A DNA stretch of 64,000 nucleotides from the human T2T-CHM13v2.0 reference genome, Homo sapiens. Position 1 is the first letter of the stretch. Each line of letters starts with the position of its first letter. The notes under the pieces were generated by a model. The model was given only the letters and a program-made list of their open reading frames with translations. It did no database searches and was not told where the DNA came from. The translations under genes and the position numbers were made by a program. The stretch lies in NCBI RefSeq assembly GCF_009914755.1, contig NC_060929.1; one strand, 5' to 3'. Positions 1-17,620 of the stretch are shown here, one piece after another.

Positions 1-1094
1 CTCTATTTGCCTTTTTCTATTTATTGTTATCAGCACTTGCCATAAAGCTGTATTTTATCTTCAATGTATCTCCTTTTCTGTTGTCTATGATTAGGAATTT
101 TCTTAGTTTTTAAGAGTCAGAACTCAGTTTTGGGAGAGATTGGGAATTAAATAAATGAGAAATGATTTACTAGGGTCACTTGCAATGGATCACCTTTCCA
201 TAGTCTTCAAAATCACTGGTCATGTCTACTAAGAATCAAATGCAGCCTATAGACTTTCATTGCGGCCTAGATTTAGCTCCTTCTCCCCTGCTGAACTCCT
301 TTCAATTTCCCCACTTGAAGTCATTGGTCTCATCTCTTCAACCTGATTTTTTTTTTCTGCTCAATCAGGTGCTGAATAGCTGTCTAGAAAGCCATTATCA
401 GAGGCTTTCTCCCTCCTGCCAAGAAAAGCCTTCAATAGCAAAAAGTTCACATTGCTTCAGATTGCATGCATGCGTGACATCCATAAATCATATAGAAATA
501 ATTTGGAAACATGGCTGAGAGATGGTGCAGTGGTGGTACAACACCTTTATGAAGACTATAACATGACCACCCAAGAAAGTTATTTATTCTTGTTACTACA
601 ACTACAAGATAATATTTTTTCTGGCTTTTACAAAGTGTATCAGATGACAGGAGGAAGCCTAAGTAAAATGCTGATAACAACTGCTACACTTTTTCTCTAG
701 CATTTATTTACTAAATCATAGATGTTCAAAATAAAAAGGATCTTGAAGGCTCGATTTGCGCATCTCCTTGTCTTAAGCATTTGTCTCCCTTAAAATAATT
801 CCACGACCTCTTTCATTTATCTATGTCAGTATTTATTACAGGGATTACTATCACTTTTCATTAAGAAATGTCAGTCACTATTCTAAATATACTTTAAACA
901 GTAAACACTGCATTTCCTTTCTACTCCAACCTATAAAAAAACCAGAATCTCAGTTTGTTTGGTTTTGTTACTGTGGACTTATCAGAAGATGATAGCATCT
1001 GTTATTGTCCTGGAGCAAAAATTTAATACTACACTGTCTGCAGGGCTTGACACCAATCGGAAAATTACTTTGGAGAAAATGTGAAGTAGGAGGA

Positions 1095-1762
<668 letters not shown>

Positions 1763-2329
1763 TGAGTATATTATCTGACAACAAATGTAAAATTAATTAA
1801 GCTGTGCTTAACATGATCCTATTCCCTTCATCTGTACAGTGAAAAGGCTGGCATAGAAGCTGTCTGAATCTATGAAATCAAAAAAGGATCAAAGTAGAGA
1901 CACAAATTCCTCTGAACTTGAAATTGAAATGAGTGTGTTGCCAGCATCTATTCATCCGCCTAAAACCAAGTAAATCATTTCAGAAGAAGTTTTCAGCAGT
2001 CTATCAAAGTGACAAGAGTGGTGAGGTAGTAAAGTAGAAACGCATTGACAACTTTATTCCTATTGACTGGATAAATAATCTTCATGACTCAAAGTGATGA
2101 AACGCATCAGAAATAGAAGCAAAATGTTCACGTTTCAGTCCGTGAGTAGGGCTTGAATCCCACAGGAGGAATTAAGAAAAAGAAGCGAACACTCGGAGGA
2201 TAACATCGCAATATTACTTAGCCATTATTCTTTACAGTGTTAGGCCCCTTCCAGAGATGTTTGACTGATTTGTTGCTTGTCCACGTAGATGCGTGAATAC
2301 ACTAAATAGTCATCAAATATGGGTCAAGT

Positions 2330-2530
2330 AGTGTGCTGGTTGTTTTACGTATGTTCTCCTTTAATTTACCCAACAATATTGTGACATATCATCATTATTT
2401 TAAGAATGAGAAAGCTTAAAGTTAATAGAGATTAAAAAATAATTTTCCAACTCTCTATAATGAGCAGGTAGTAAGATCAGAATTCATATCTTCATCTGTC
2501 AAAACCAAAGCCCATATTCTAAATCACTTA
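2330..2530 (-). mobile_element. MIR relic
   Basis: Degenerate MIR core and 3' motifs (tgagaaagcttaaag...agaattcatatcttcatctgtc...aaagcccat). Confidence 0.5.
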
Positions 2531-2942
2531 CAGTGAGTAAAAGGGGCTTCTTAAAACTTTATATGTAAGAATGTAATCTTAAATGAGAAAACAAACTAGC
2601 TTTTAAACTATGTGCTGTGACTTTTCTGACACAATGTGTTTATAATTTTTTTCCACTTGACAAAAAAAGAACCACATATTAGACTAATTGTGCTTAGGGT
2701 ACAGAATATGAGCATGTTTTGACTTAAAATGTAAAATAAATAATGAACTAATAGTAGACACCCCAACCTGATCATAGAAAACTTTTGTTTTTAATTTCTC
2801 TTGGTAGTCAGTCTTTGTGAATGTGGATTTAAGCCACCAAATCCTTTACTATGTATTACTAAAACATAAGGCAAGGAGAAAGCATTCCCATTTCTGATGT
2901 AGCAGCCTCGGATAAAAGAGGCTAGTGAGAGGCCTTAATGTG

Positions 2943-3395
2943 AGTGTTCCATAATCTTTTGTGCCATGAATCCCTCTGTAGTCTGAAGAAGCTTTGGAAC
3001 TCTTCTCAGAATGATGTTTTTAAATGAATAAAATAATATACATAGAATTCCCAAGGAAACCAATTGTATTGAAATGTAGTCATCAAGAGTTTATTTTAAT
3101 GTAATACAGTAATATATGACCTTCTCTATTAATGTGTTAAGTAACAACATCTGTGGTAGGTATAATAACTGTTTGCATTTGAAGTAGGGGTGAATGCAAA
3201 ATGTATTGCAAGATCTGCAATAAGTGTAATGAGATATGAAAAAAATATGTGATTTCTCTTGGTGAGAAAGTTGCATGTACTGCTAGTAACCATGTGACAT
3301 GGTACCTACCTTCATATTTGGAGGTAATGAGAATTTTGTTCTTAGAGTTCAATAAAAATGAATATGTACTTTTTTCCTGCCCAAGTTCACCCAGG
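2943..3395 (+). mobile_element. hAT-Charlie DNA transposon relic (Charlie4a/MER80-like)
   Basis: ttttgtgccatg...ttctcagaatgatgtttttaaatg...aaggaaaccaattgtattgaaat resembles the recalled Charlie4 consensus. Confidence 0.65.
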
Positions 3396-3869
3396 GGTTT
3401 AAAGGATTTTGTATTAGAACGTCTTTTCTAAAGAATAAGAGCTGGAGGTAACAGGGAGAAGGACCGTAGAAATTTGAGACCTGGTCAGAGACTGGGGCTA
3501 CTGTGACACATATTTTGCTTGTGCAATTGCTTTTGAAAGTTACTGTATTTTGGGGGAAAAGAATAAAAGGTGTTTAGAAGAAAATGCTTGGCTACTTTGA
3601 TATTTTAATATTTTCCCTATAACAACAAAAAAATTAGGCCATTCTCCCTTTAAGTGCTTGATATGCACAATACCAAAACTGGTATTGTAAAACTGGCAGA
3701 GATTTACAAGAAATTTTCTATCCCACTGGCCAAAAAATAATCCTAGCAATATGGTGTAACCGGTATAAAAGAAGAATAGATGAGTCAAAAATAAAAATAA
3801 ATAAGTGAGTAAATAAGTGGGAGAGAGGGAAAAACTCTGCATTACATAAAATGCCAACTAATAACGTAG

Positions 3870-4180
3870 GAAGAAAGAATGATACAGTTAAAAAACCACC
3901 ACTTTGCAATCAACGTATTAATAATTGATTCATGCAAGAATCATCAGTGGATGAATAGAAAAGAAAATCTTTACTGTCTCATAAATTACTTATCAATTAC
4001 AAAGAGTTAAAGATAGTAACTTTATCATATTAAAATTTGAAGGATGCCACCATAGCCAACATCACCAATAATGGAACAAACTGATATTGTACACCTCGTA
4101 ATGTGATACAATTAGGACTAATTGTAAAACATCATAAAGATCCAAATTGAGGGGCATTTATACAAACAACTGGTCTTTAC
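3870..4180 (+). mobile_element. Old L1M 3' fragment
   Basis: atcaccaataatggaacaaactgat and tccaaattgaggggcattt motifs typical of L1MC/ME 3'UTR. Confidence 0.45.
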
Positions 4181-4448
4181 TTTTGTTTTTCTTCTTTCCC
4201 TCTTCCTTCCCTCTTTTTTCCACCCTCAATGTTGAATCCTAAGATGAGAGTTACTTTCTTCAAAGCAAATTAAAAGTAGTATGCCATTTCCATCTGACTC
4301 TTATTTTATACACTAAACAAGACTAGTATGATTTGAAACAAAGAAACTTCTTTGTATGAGAAACAGCGCTTGGAAATTTAAAAATGAAAGCTGAGATTTA
4401 AACATATAATAAACATCTGGACTATCTGTGTCAAAAAGCTTCTGCTGC

Positions 4449-4850
4449 TGTATGAGTTTTCCATCACTAAAACAAATTACCAAAATTTGGTGGCTTAAAA
4501 CAACCCAGACATATTATTTTACAGTTCCGAAGGTCAGCTGTCCAACAGGGGTCTCACTGGGCTAAAATCAAGATGTTGTCAGTCATTTCTGGAGGCTGTG
4601 AGGGAGAATCAGTTTCCTTGCCTTATCAAGCTTCTAGAGACCATCCTATGGCTCATGACCCCTTTCTTCCACCTTCAAAGTCAGCCAGAGTCTCTTCTCA
4701 GGTTGTCATTGCTCTTGTTCTCCCTATTCTGTCTCCCTCTTCCACACTGAAGAACACTTGGGATGCTATTGGGCCCACCTAAGTAATCCAGTATAATCCC
4801 TCTATTTTAAGGTCAGTGGATTAGCAAATTCAATTCCATCCATAATCTTC
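4449..4850 (-). mobile_element. MaLR solo LTR (MLT1D-like)
   Basis: aacaaattaccaaaatttggtggcttaaaacaac...gggctaaaatcaagatg...gggcccacctaagtaatccag. Confidence 0.8.
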
Positions 4851-5329
4851 CATTTTAAAGCATACTACTGGCAATATTGGAGGGTGTTGCCTCTAGAAGT
4901 ATAATAGAATCCAAACAATTAGGAGTGGTCACTAGGAGACTAAGCCTGGATGCCTCTTCAGTGGATGCCTCTCCTGTGGAGCTCCTTGGATTTCATTAAT
5001 CACACAATGAAGTAAGACATTGAAATGAGATCCATTGAATGGAATATCACAACAGGTCTTGCTGCCAACTTTGAATGTTTTCACCAACTGTAGTTATTTT
5101 GCCCAATTGGAATGTCAACTCTTTTAACCTCCCCCATTGGAATTCTATGTATCCTTCCAGGCTCAACACTGGTCCCTTTTTATCATAAAACCTTTTTTAG
5201 TATTTTAACCCCAAGAGGTTCTCCCTTTTCCAAACTCCTATCAGATGTATGGTACATATTTTATAATTTTGTTTCCAATTAGATACTGCATTCTATTGCT
5301 TACTATTGTCTCATCATCATTGTCATCAT

Positions 5330-5700
5330 CATTGCTCTCATTTACTGAGCCCTCACGATGGGTCAGTTTCTGCACTCAGTGTCTGATGAGGATTATCTGA
5401 CTTAATTCTCATAAATGCCTCTCAGGGTAGTTATCGTTATCTTTAACTTGCAGAAGATGAAATGTAGACTCAGAAGATAAAATCTGGGGCCCAAGTTCAA
5501 ACAGCCAGAAAGTGGAGAAATACATATTATTTGAACCCAAATTCGTCTGACATGAGTTTAGTGCTTCAGATGATAGCTGCTTTATTCTTAGATTATAAGC
5601 TCCTCCACGATGGGACTCCCTTATAATTTTTCTGAAACTCCCACAGCACCTGGGACAGACTTAGGTATACTGCAGGAGCCCCATAATAGCACTGAATTTG
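5330..5700. mobile_element. MIR followed by an L2 3' relic
   Basis: catttactgagc...gaagatgaaatgtagactcaga...tttgaacccaaattcgtctga; then tagattataagctcctc...cacagcacctgg. Confidence 0.55.
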
Positions 5701-7284
5701 ACACAAATGTGAACTTGAAGCAGAAGGGTGCTATATGCAATGTAAGTTGCCCCAGCTTTGGTTCATTGTATGAGTGAAGCATTTGCACAGCAAGTTGAGG
5801 AATCTGTTTCAAAAAGTTTTATTCTGTGCCTGTAAGGATGCCCAGTAGGTTAGGAAAATTTTGGGAATTCCCTTCACTGGTTTTGGAAAGATGACTATGG
5901 TAACTTGGGTCAGCGAGTCATCTAGCTGAGACAGTGTAGCCAGGAGAATACCAATGCCTCCAACCATAGCATTTACATTGTTTCAACACCCAACCAGTTG
6001 CCACTAAAATAATTCCAAATAATTCCACTCAAAGGAGTGGTCGTGGTTATGTCCAAATCTCTGTGGGCCTGCTCCCTGCTCTCAGCCAGCCCTTTGGGGA
6101 AACTGAAGTGCCACTTCACAGAGCCCCGCCCTGGTATGAAATTCCAGAGCACTTACACTTGTGTTTAATGATAATAATTAAGGTTTATAAGAGCTCTTCA
6201 GTGCAGACAGATGATGTATTTTATTACTGATGCAGTAGCATATCATTTCTTAGACCAGAACATCTCCTAGTGTAAAGTATTCCAAATCTGTGCCTTGCGC
6301 AGAAGTGCACGGATGTACCCAAACATAATATTTTTCATACACTCAGGTGCTTTGTGTTCAGCAGTTTCTGGCGGACAGATTAAAAAGACCTCCTGGAATC
6401 TGTGTGAACTGCAGAGGAGGAGCTGACTCATGGGGCTGTCCCCTAGGTACTACTGCTTTAGGTGAATCGGACCAGCTAAGGCTTGGAAAAGCAGATAATG
6501 TGATGTGATATGGGGAAGAGGGAAGTAGCCCTTGACCAAAAGCAGGCCCTTGGGCCAAGATAAGTCTTGCAGAAAACCCCATACAACAAGGGGAGGCACC
6601 TGGGAATATTTCCTGGCCCTGCATATACATCCTGCTTTGTTTCTAAACACGGTTCCTGGCACAGAATAGGTGTTTGCAGGTTGGATAAAGATGCGTTTCA
6701 GCTCACTGGCATTGAATTCTCATTTAGAATGAGCCTTAGCTGGGGCCAGAATTAAGCAGGATTATAAACTTCACAAAACCTTTGGAATAGTTCTTATTAA
6801 ACCCTAGACTTTGCCCCGACTACTTTGTTCTCATCCAGCTCCTCATCCAACTCTCTAGGACTTGATGCAGTTCTCTCACGTGGCAGAATCCACCACTTTG
6901 GCCTCCAGACTGCTGTCTCCCAGAGCCCTCCCTGGGTGATACTTGTTGCGTTTTCCCATGTCCCATGTCCTCTGCATCCTGCTCTAGCTAGACCACCAGG
7001 CTGACATCAGAGCTTCCCAACCCACATGCCTCTGCACAGCATTACAAACATGAAGGGTGATCTGAAATGGTCATCTCTCGGCTTTAGGGACAGGCAGGGC
7101 CCAGAATATGAAAGCCATTCTTTCCTATATCCCCATCCCATTCAGCTTCTAGCCACACACAGCTTGGTCGATTGGGCCCAGTAAGTCATATAACTAATAT
7201 CATTTTCTGAGTGCTATGAGTGAAAAGATTTCAAAGACCCTGGTAATTGCTGTCAATATCATCAAGGAATGCAAATGGCTATCC

Positions 7285-7445
7285 ACAGTGGTTTTTAATC
7301 ACTGGTGTGTATCAAATTTACTGAATGATTTTTTTTTTAAATGTGATGATGACTTTTCCCTTGCACCTGAAATTCTGATTTAGCTAATGTGGGAACTGAG
7401 AAATGGATTTGAACGAACTCTCCAAGCAATGTTTATGCACACTGT
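7285..7445. mobile_element. MER5-type hAT MITE
   Basis: cagtggtttttaatc...aattctgatttag...ctctccaagcaatgtttatgcacac. Confidence 0.5.
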
Positions 7446-8190
7446 ATTTGTCAAGATAGACTAGGCATTTGTAGCAAATAATATTCAAATCTGGAGGTTT
7501 TATATCTTGCTCATGGTGCATGTGTTTCCAACAATATTCTGTATCTGTACTGGATGAGGGGTGGAGGGAATCACTCAAAGTATGCAGATGGCCTGGGGCT
7601 CCATCATCTTACGACACTTTCCTCCAGCAAGTGCCTGCAGACCTGGCAAACGCAAGGGGAGAAAGAACTGGAGATTTGTAGTTGGAGTTTTAATTGACTA
7701 GAACTGGTCACATGGCCCTGCTCAGGGGCCAGGGCTGAGATGTGTGGGAGCAGATGGAGATTCAGTGCGCAATGCCTCCAGAAACACCACTGGCAGGGCA
7801 TTTACTTTCCCCAGCAAGAGAATCTCGTTCTGATAGGGGATCCTGGAGACAATTCCATAACTCCAAATGCCAACTTCTTGATCAAGAGGAGTAATGGAGG
7901 GCTAAGGGGGGATACAAAATGGAGAGTGCCTTTCTGGGTCATTCAAACTGTATCACTTGGTATCTTCCACTGCTCAAGGCTGAATATGCCCACCTGCAGA
8001 AATGATATGTAAACATTAAAACATTTGTAGTGTTTTAGTTGGTAGTTATTTAAAAGAATAATTTTATATTATTAATAAAACATATTAAATTTATTTAAAA
8101 ATTTATTTAAGATGTATACAATTTATTTAAAATAAAATTAAAATACAATCAGAAACTTACTATTTAACGAACCAATTGGACCATCTAGTC

Positions 8191-8470
8191 CAGGGGTTGG
8201 CAAAGTTTTTCTCTAAAGGTCCAGATTATAAGTATTTTGGTCATTAACAAAAAACAACCATGGATGATATATAAATAATTAAGTATGGTTGTGTCTTCAT
8301 AACATTTTATTAAGGGACACTGAAATTTGAATTTTATACAGTTTTCCTATGTCATGAAATATTAATTTTTTGATTTTTTTCAACCATTTAAAATGTGAAA
8401 GTCATTCTTACCTTGCAGGGATACTAAAACAGGCACCAGGCTGACTTTGACCCTTTAGTCTGCTGAGCCC
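8191..8470 (+). mobile_element. MER58B hAT MITE
   Basis: caggggttggcaaag...gacactgaaatttgaatttt...caaccatttaaaatgtgaaag...aaaacaggc. Confidence 0.8.
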
Positions 8471-8740
8471 TCATCTTGTCAAATCCCCTCCTAATACAGA
8501 TGAAGAAACTGAGGTTCATGGAAGTGAACTGACTTTTTCAAAACCACAGAGAAAGTAAGAAGGGTAGAGTCCTTCTAGGATTTTCCCCACTATTCCTCAC
8601 TGTATTTCTTCTCCAAGCATGAATATGAGCTAAGAGAAAGAGATGTTTCCTCTATGGAACCTAGACATATTAGGAAATGAGGTGTGGGGAGTAAGAGGAG
8701 AGTCCGGGCTGAGATGGACGTTACAGTATAGGCAGCCCGC

Positions 8741-11830
<3,090 letters not shown>

Positions 11831-12819
11831 TTTAAAGTGTCACGTGGCTATTCTATTACCTGCACTAGTGAATTAAAGGTTTTTTTTTTTTTTTAATTTG
11901 GGAATTAAGAACCCTAACATACTGGAAAACTATAACTTTCAAATTTGGAAGAGATATTAGAAGTTATCAAACCTAATTTCCAGATGAGAAGAACTAGTTC
12001 CTAAATGGATTTTAATCAAGACAGAGCTACAGCTAAAACCCAACCCAATTAAGGTCAGTGGTCTTTCTGCTACATTTCCTCCCATTATCCTTGAGACTTT
12101 CCTGGCATGGTTTATAAGGTCTCAATAAAGGACATTCATTATCTTTCACTTTTGAGAAAACAGTACTTTTCTGCATAGCAAAGTCATCTACTCAGCTCGT
12201 GTAGTTCTCCACATCCTTATGGAGCTGCTTCTAACGCACTTAGAGGGCCTGATAATGCAGCAAGAGATGCTTGGTATCCATTGCCCAGCAGTAGCTAACA
12301 TAATTCCTGGCAGTAGTAGGTCCTCAATAAGTGGCTGACAATAGATAAAATATGTAAATTTATGTGAGCTCCATGAACTATTTTCATGCATATTCATTAG
12401 GATAAGTTTGTCTGAACTAGCAAACTGAACTAAAGTTTCCATGGTAATCTTTTTTGCACTTTCCAGCTATAACATATTGGGGGATTTTGTTTTTAATCCT
12501 TCAACAACTCTCCAAAGTTTAATATGCTATAATCTCTTTTGGGATCCAGGCTGTTTTATTTGTCTCTTCAGATCTAGAACAGAACCTGGTACTTAATATA
12601 TCCAAATTGAATGAATGAACTGTCCTTCATCTTCCCCTCTCCATCTTCCACATCCTTGCCTTTCCTTTCTTCTCCACACACTTCCAGGGGCCCTCATTTG
12701 CTCCTTGTAGAGCTTGTACATGTCACAAAGCTGAGGACTCCCACAGTGTTTGTACATATATACAGGGCCCTGCATGCCACATGATAATTCAGACAGAGGA
12801 CACGGAATCTGTGTCAGTG

Positions 12820-13175
12820 CAGCTAGCGCTAGTGCTGCGTTCAAAATGAGTCCTTGTAATTCTGCCCATAGCAAAAAGTGATGCAGCTGATATCAGCTGT
12901 GGCTCTGAGATCCTATGTTGGCCGCCCCTCTGTTCTCCCTCCTCCTCATCAGCCTCCTCTTCATTTTATTCCTATGTCACTGCTGGTGCATGCATGCGTC
13001 ATTGGCAACCTCTCGCTGTGGCTGGAACATCGCTTCATCTATGAATAGATTTTAACAGCCTCCTTCAAGCTTCCTCTCAGGGCTGAGTTGACTCAGCCAC
13101 GCTGGGAGTAGGGAATGCTTTGACTGACAGCTAGCTTTACCATCCTAAGGTGCCATGGTGTGGATATAAAAAGAG
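12820..13175 (+). promoter_or_regulatory. Candidate cis-regulatory cluster (paired E-boxes, ARE/AP-1 palindrome, TATA-like box)
   Basis: cagctgatatcagctg 12884-12899; ggctgagttgactcagcc 13081-13098; tataaaaag 13165-13173. Motif evidence only. Confidence 0.3.
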
Positions 13176-14689
13176 AGGTGCAAGAGGACCTAAGGATGTG
13201 GCTTAAAGGAAGCCCTCCTGAAAAAATAAATCCATCATGGCAAACTAAGAGAAGTAAAAAAGGAAGACAGGCAGTAGCTGGAGAGCTATAGTAGGTTGTT
13301 ATGGATGAAGTGATAGTTTGGGATATGAAATTAGTGATTTAAAAAAAAGACATCTCTCAGATTTGGCTTTGATCTGAAGATTAAAAAGAAATTGCTTCTC
13401 TTGAGAAAGGATATTTAAGGAGCCAATTTGCAAGTAGCCAAGCTGGAGGAAAGAGGATTTCCAGAAGCAAATCCAGGTCATCTGTTTAGAATTGATGGGT
13501 GCTTATTGTCTCTCACACTGAATTCACAGCTACTGCCTTTAATTAGTAACAGGAACACAGTCATAGCAGCCGCCAGCTGCAAAACCTGCCTCTGTGGGCT
13601 TTCAGAGACAAGAGGGACCATTTCTGGCTCAGGCAGACACAGCTGCTTCACGCACCCGGAATGTGTGGGAAAAACCCGGCTTGAGCCTTATGTAGGATAA
13701 AACAAGCCAAAGAGGTTTTTCCAGATAGAGGTAACCTCATGGCTGCTTATTAATAGGACAATGGATTCACCCTATAGAAATGTTTGGTGGTGTCTGCTTA
13801 ATTGTTCTCAGGCAGTTATTACTGCAATTAGGGACCTGTGACATTGCAAAACCTCGTCTAGACTAGTACGTATTAAAAAGAACCTGTTTGTGATTGCTTT
13901 TTGTTGGAGAGAGCAGATAAACAGTTTGCCTTGGAGTCTCACGCATGTGTGTACTCAGTCTCTCTCTCTCTCTCTGAACTACAGCTTTTGTGGCTTTTCA
14001 TGCAAGTGAAGTATTTTGAGGGGCACAACCAGCATGCAAATACATGCTTCCTTCAACTCACTCACCCTTAACTCCAACATGCAACATCTGTCTTAGCTGA
14101 TATTCCTGTAAGCAATGACTATTAAGATTTCGGTTTTTTTTTTTTTAATCTGGAGGCTTTGACATTACCTGGAAACAAGCTACAATGAGAGGAGCAGCTT
14201 CAGAAAGAGAAGGGAAGACACTCATTCCCAAAATACCACGACCTCCAGGAAACTTTATAATTAGAGCTTCAATCCTCTTGAAATCCTCTCTGCCTCAGAT
14301 TCTATGAATCCGCACTGCCGGAGTATTCTTCTATCACTCACAGCAAGCCTTCTTTTTCTCTTCATCATCATCTACAACCAGGTGTATCCTTAATGCCTCC
14401 ATCTTTCCAAAGTCAGTGTTAGGTGGAGAATTACAATTCACCTCCTTTACCCCATGCTGAATTTTTTCTTCTTTGAGAGAATACAGCATTTTACCTCTCT
14501 GCCATTCATTTGTGTCCTTAACTAAGTGAATCCTTGGGTTGTTACTTAACAGTGTGATCGGTGTACATTATCTTCTCAATGACATGCTAAGTCCTTGGGC
14601 ACAGTGTCATAATCAGGAGTGTCTGGCAGCAACAACAGATTCTGATACAGGAGGCCTTTAAGAAATATTGGTAGTTTGAGAATGCTTTT

Positions 14690-15495
14690 TAATTTTTTAT
14701 TTAGCAGTTTTTGATTTATGAAAAATTGAGCAGAAAGTACAGAGTTCCCATATACTCCACCCCAACTCACCAGTCCGCTCCTCCCAGCTTCCCCTATTAC
14801 TGACATCTTGCATTAGTGAGGTATGTTTGTTGCATTTGATAAGCCTATATTGATGCATTATTATTAAGTCCATATTTTATGTTGTTTTCACCTTTGCTGG
14901 GGTACATTCTATGGGTTTTGAAAACATGTAATATCATGTATCCACCATCACAGTATCATACAGAATAGTTTCACTGCTCCAGATCCCCAGAGCTCCACCT
15001 GTTTATGTCCCCCAACACACACACATATACACCAAACCACTGGCAACTACTTATAGTTTTACTGTATCTATAGTTTTGTTTTTCCCAGAATGTCATGTGG
15101 TTAGAATCACATAGTATGTAGACTTTTCAGGTTGGCTTCTTTCACTTAGCAATGTTCATTTAAGCTTCTCCCATGTCTTTGTGGCTTGACAACTCATCTC
15201 TTTTTATTGCTGAATAATATTCCATTGTCTGAATTACTACAGTTTATCTATTCACCTATTAGAGGACATTTTGGTTGCTTCCTTATTTTGGCAATTATGA
15301 ATAAAGCTACTATAAACATCCATATGCAAGTTTTTGTGTGGACATAAGTTTTCAACTCATTTGGATAGATACCAAAAAGTGCAACTGCTGGATCATATGG
15401 TATGTTCAGTTTTTTAAGAAACTATCAAACTGTCTTCCAAAGTGGCTATACCATTTTGCATTCCCAACAGCAGTGAGTGAGAATTCCAGTTGCTT
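14690..15495 (-). mobile_element. Old L1 3' end (L1MC/L1MD class)
   Basis: aaaattgagcagaaagtacagagttcccatata...ttggcttctttcacttagc...ccattttgcattcccaacagcagtg. Confidence 0.85.
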
Positions 15496-15639
15496 TGATG
15501 ATTTCTTGAGCCTGGGTTTTGGGAAGTGGAAAATATAAAGAAGATACATTTGTGGGGTGGGATTAATTCAGAGCCATACACCCCTACCCTTGGACTGTCC
15601 TGCAGTAAACAGTGACGGGTGGTGGACAGTGAGTGGATA

Positions 15640-15840
15640 TAGAAAAAGCAAACCTTGGTGATATCTCCACCCTGCTACTTCTCAGCTATGTGGTCAAAAT
15701 AAGTTACTTAGTCAATCTGAGCTTGGTTTTCTCTTATTTAAAAATGGAGACAATAGTACTAACTTCCTCAGACTCTAGTAACTACTACATAAGATAATGC
15801 ACTAGCATAATCTTGAACACATAATGGATACTCAATAAGA
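15640..15840 (+). mobile_element. MIR
   Basis: ctgctacttctcagctatgtg...aagttactta...tctgagcttggttttctc...aaaatggagacaatagtac. Confidence 0.7.
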
Positions 15841-16497
15841 GTGTTTCCATTTGAACAATAGGAACTAAGCTAATTTTCACCAGAATTTTTGTGATAATAT
15901 GATAACCTGCATCCACTCCCTCTACTCCAGGTTCCTTTATTATTATTGTAAAGTCCTGTGACTAAAACAAGAAAATGACCTCAGAATTCTTAATGAGAGC
16001 AGAATTTCCTAGTTGCTATTTCCACCTGGTGAAAAATTAAGAAACTAGAAATGTCACCCAGACTGCTTGACTTATGAGAATCTCAGACTCTTGAACACAG
16101 GGCTGCAGACTTCCAAGGGCTCTCCCTAGCCGGCCACATCTTGGCAGATAAGACCACCCATGGGAGTGGACCAGTGCAAGTTGTCCCCTTTGATTCTTTT
16201 CCACTAGAGTCTCGCTGACCCTGTACCTTTCCTTTGAGAAAAATTATTAGCAGCATTTTGCAACCATGGCTGAACTGCAGCCTTGAGAGGTCAAAAACTG
16301 CAATCAACCCTGTGACATTTTCACCCATATTCCTATAATTACCATGGGAGATGTCACTGTCCAGTGAGACTCTTATGCAATGCTCATGTGGTAGACCATA
16401 TTTTTTATACTTTCCATTGCTTTTGCTGTTTACATGAGGGCAGGTATGTGTGTGTGTTGCCCGCAGCCTAATTGATTTTAAACCATTTTAAAAATTT

Positions 16498-16817
<320 letters not shown>

Positions 16818-17359
16818 CTACTAGTCACCATTGGTCTACCAGTTGAATGTAAAGGGTAAAAGATTCAAAGCACACAAACAGTCTTTGGCTCTCAGCCCCA
16901 GCGGCTAGCCTCATAAGATTATCTTGACCTGTTGATTTTCACTTAAGGACCAGATGAAGAAAAGTAAATCTAATAATTGTGTTTCATTGTGTAAGTAAGC
17001 TGGGTTTCTATACTGGTCATTAAAATGTATAGGAACAGTCTTTCCATTATTGTTTAGCTACTACCATATGCATAGCATTGTACTTAGTGGGAAATGCTGA
17101 GGAAAGACCAGGAGGAATTAAGACTCAAGATTAAAAAGTCATGATTTCTCCACTTTCAAGGGTTTATTCCCATGAATAATTATGGTTCAGTGACTAAAGG
17201 GGAAACATGTTGATGGGCCCCTGTTAGCAAATAATTATTGACGTATTCCAGCCCAGCCCTTCCTTAGTCTGTACAAAGATGTAGTGTTATGATTGACAGA
17301 GAACCCTACAACAGGTGAGCTACAGAGGTGAAGTTACTTCAGAAATACTTTCAGTAGCA

Positions 17360-17498
17360 GGAGAATGTAAGCTTTGACATTTTAAAAATTCTGTATTGCA
17401 TCTACAAAGGCCAGTAAGTAGAAATTATACTTCAGGCTATAGAGTGTGAAAGGAAGACTGGTCACATTTCAGCAGGAATCTGCAAGGATCCTGTTACT
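17360..17498 (+). repeat. Copy A of a diverged ~140 bp direct repeat
   Basis: Hand alignment to 20471-20611 gives three blocks of 32/39, 31/37 and 37/45 identity. Confidence 0.85.
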
Positions 17499-17620
17499 AA
17501 ATTAGTTACTGGGAGAATTATATTTTGGAAGCAAAACTCCAACATTGCTACAAGACGAAAGAAGCTTCTTTGATATGAGAGGAGATGGTTTTGTGTTGTT
17601 TAAAGGAAACACAGGGCTCT

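Noticed and set aside
452-700. 82-aa ORF with exon-like composition
   Set aside because: No recognisable homology, no ATG at the stated start, and no supporting neighbouring exons.
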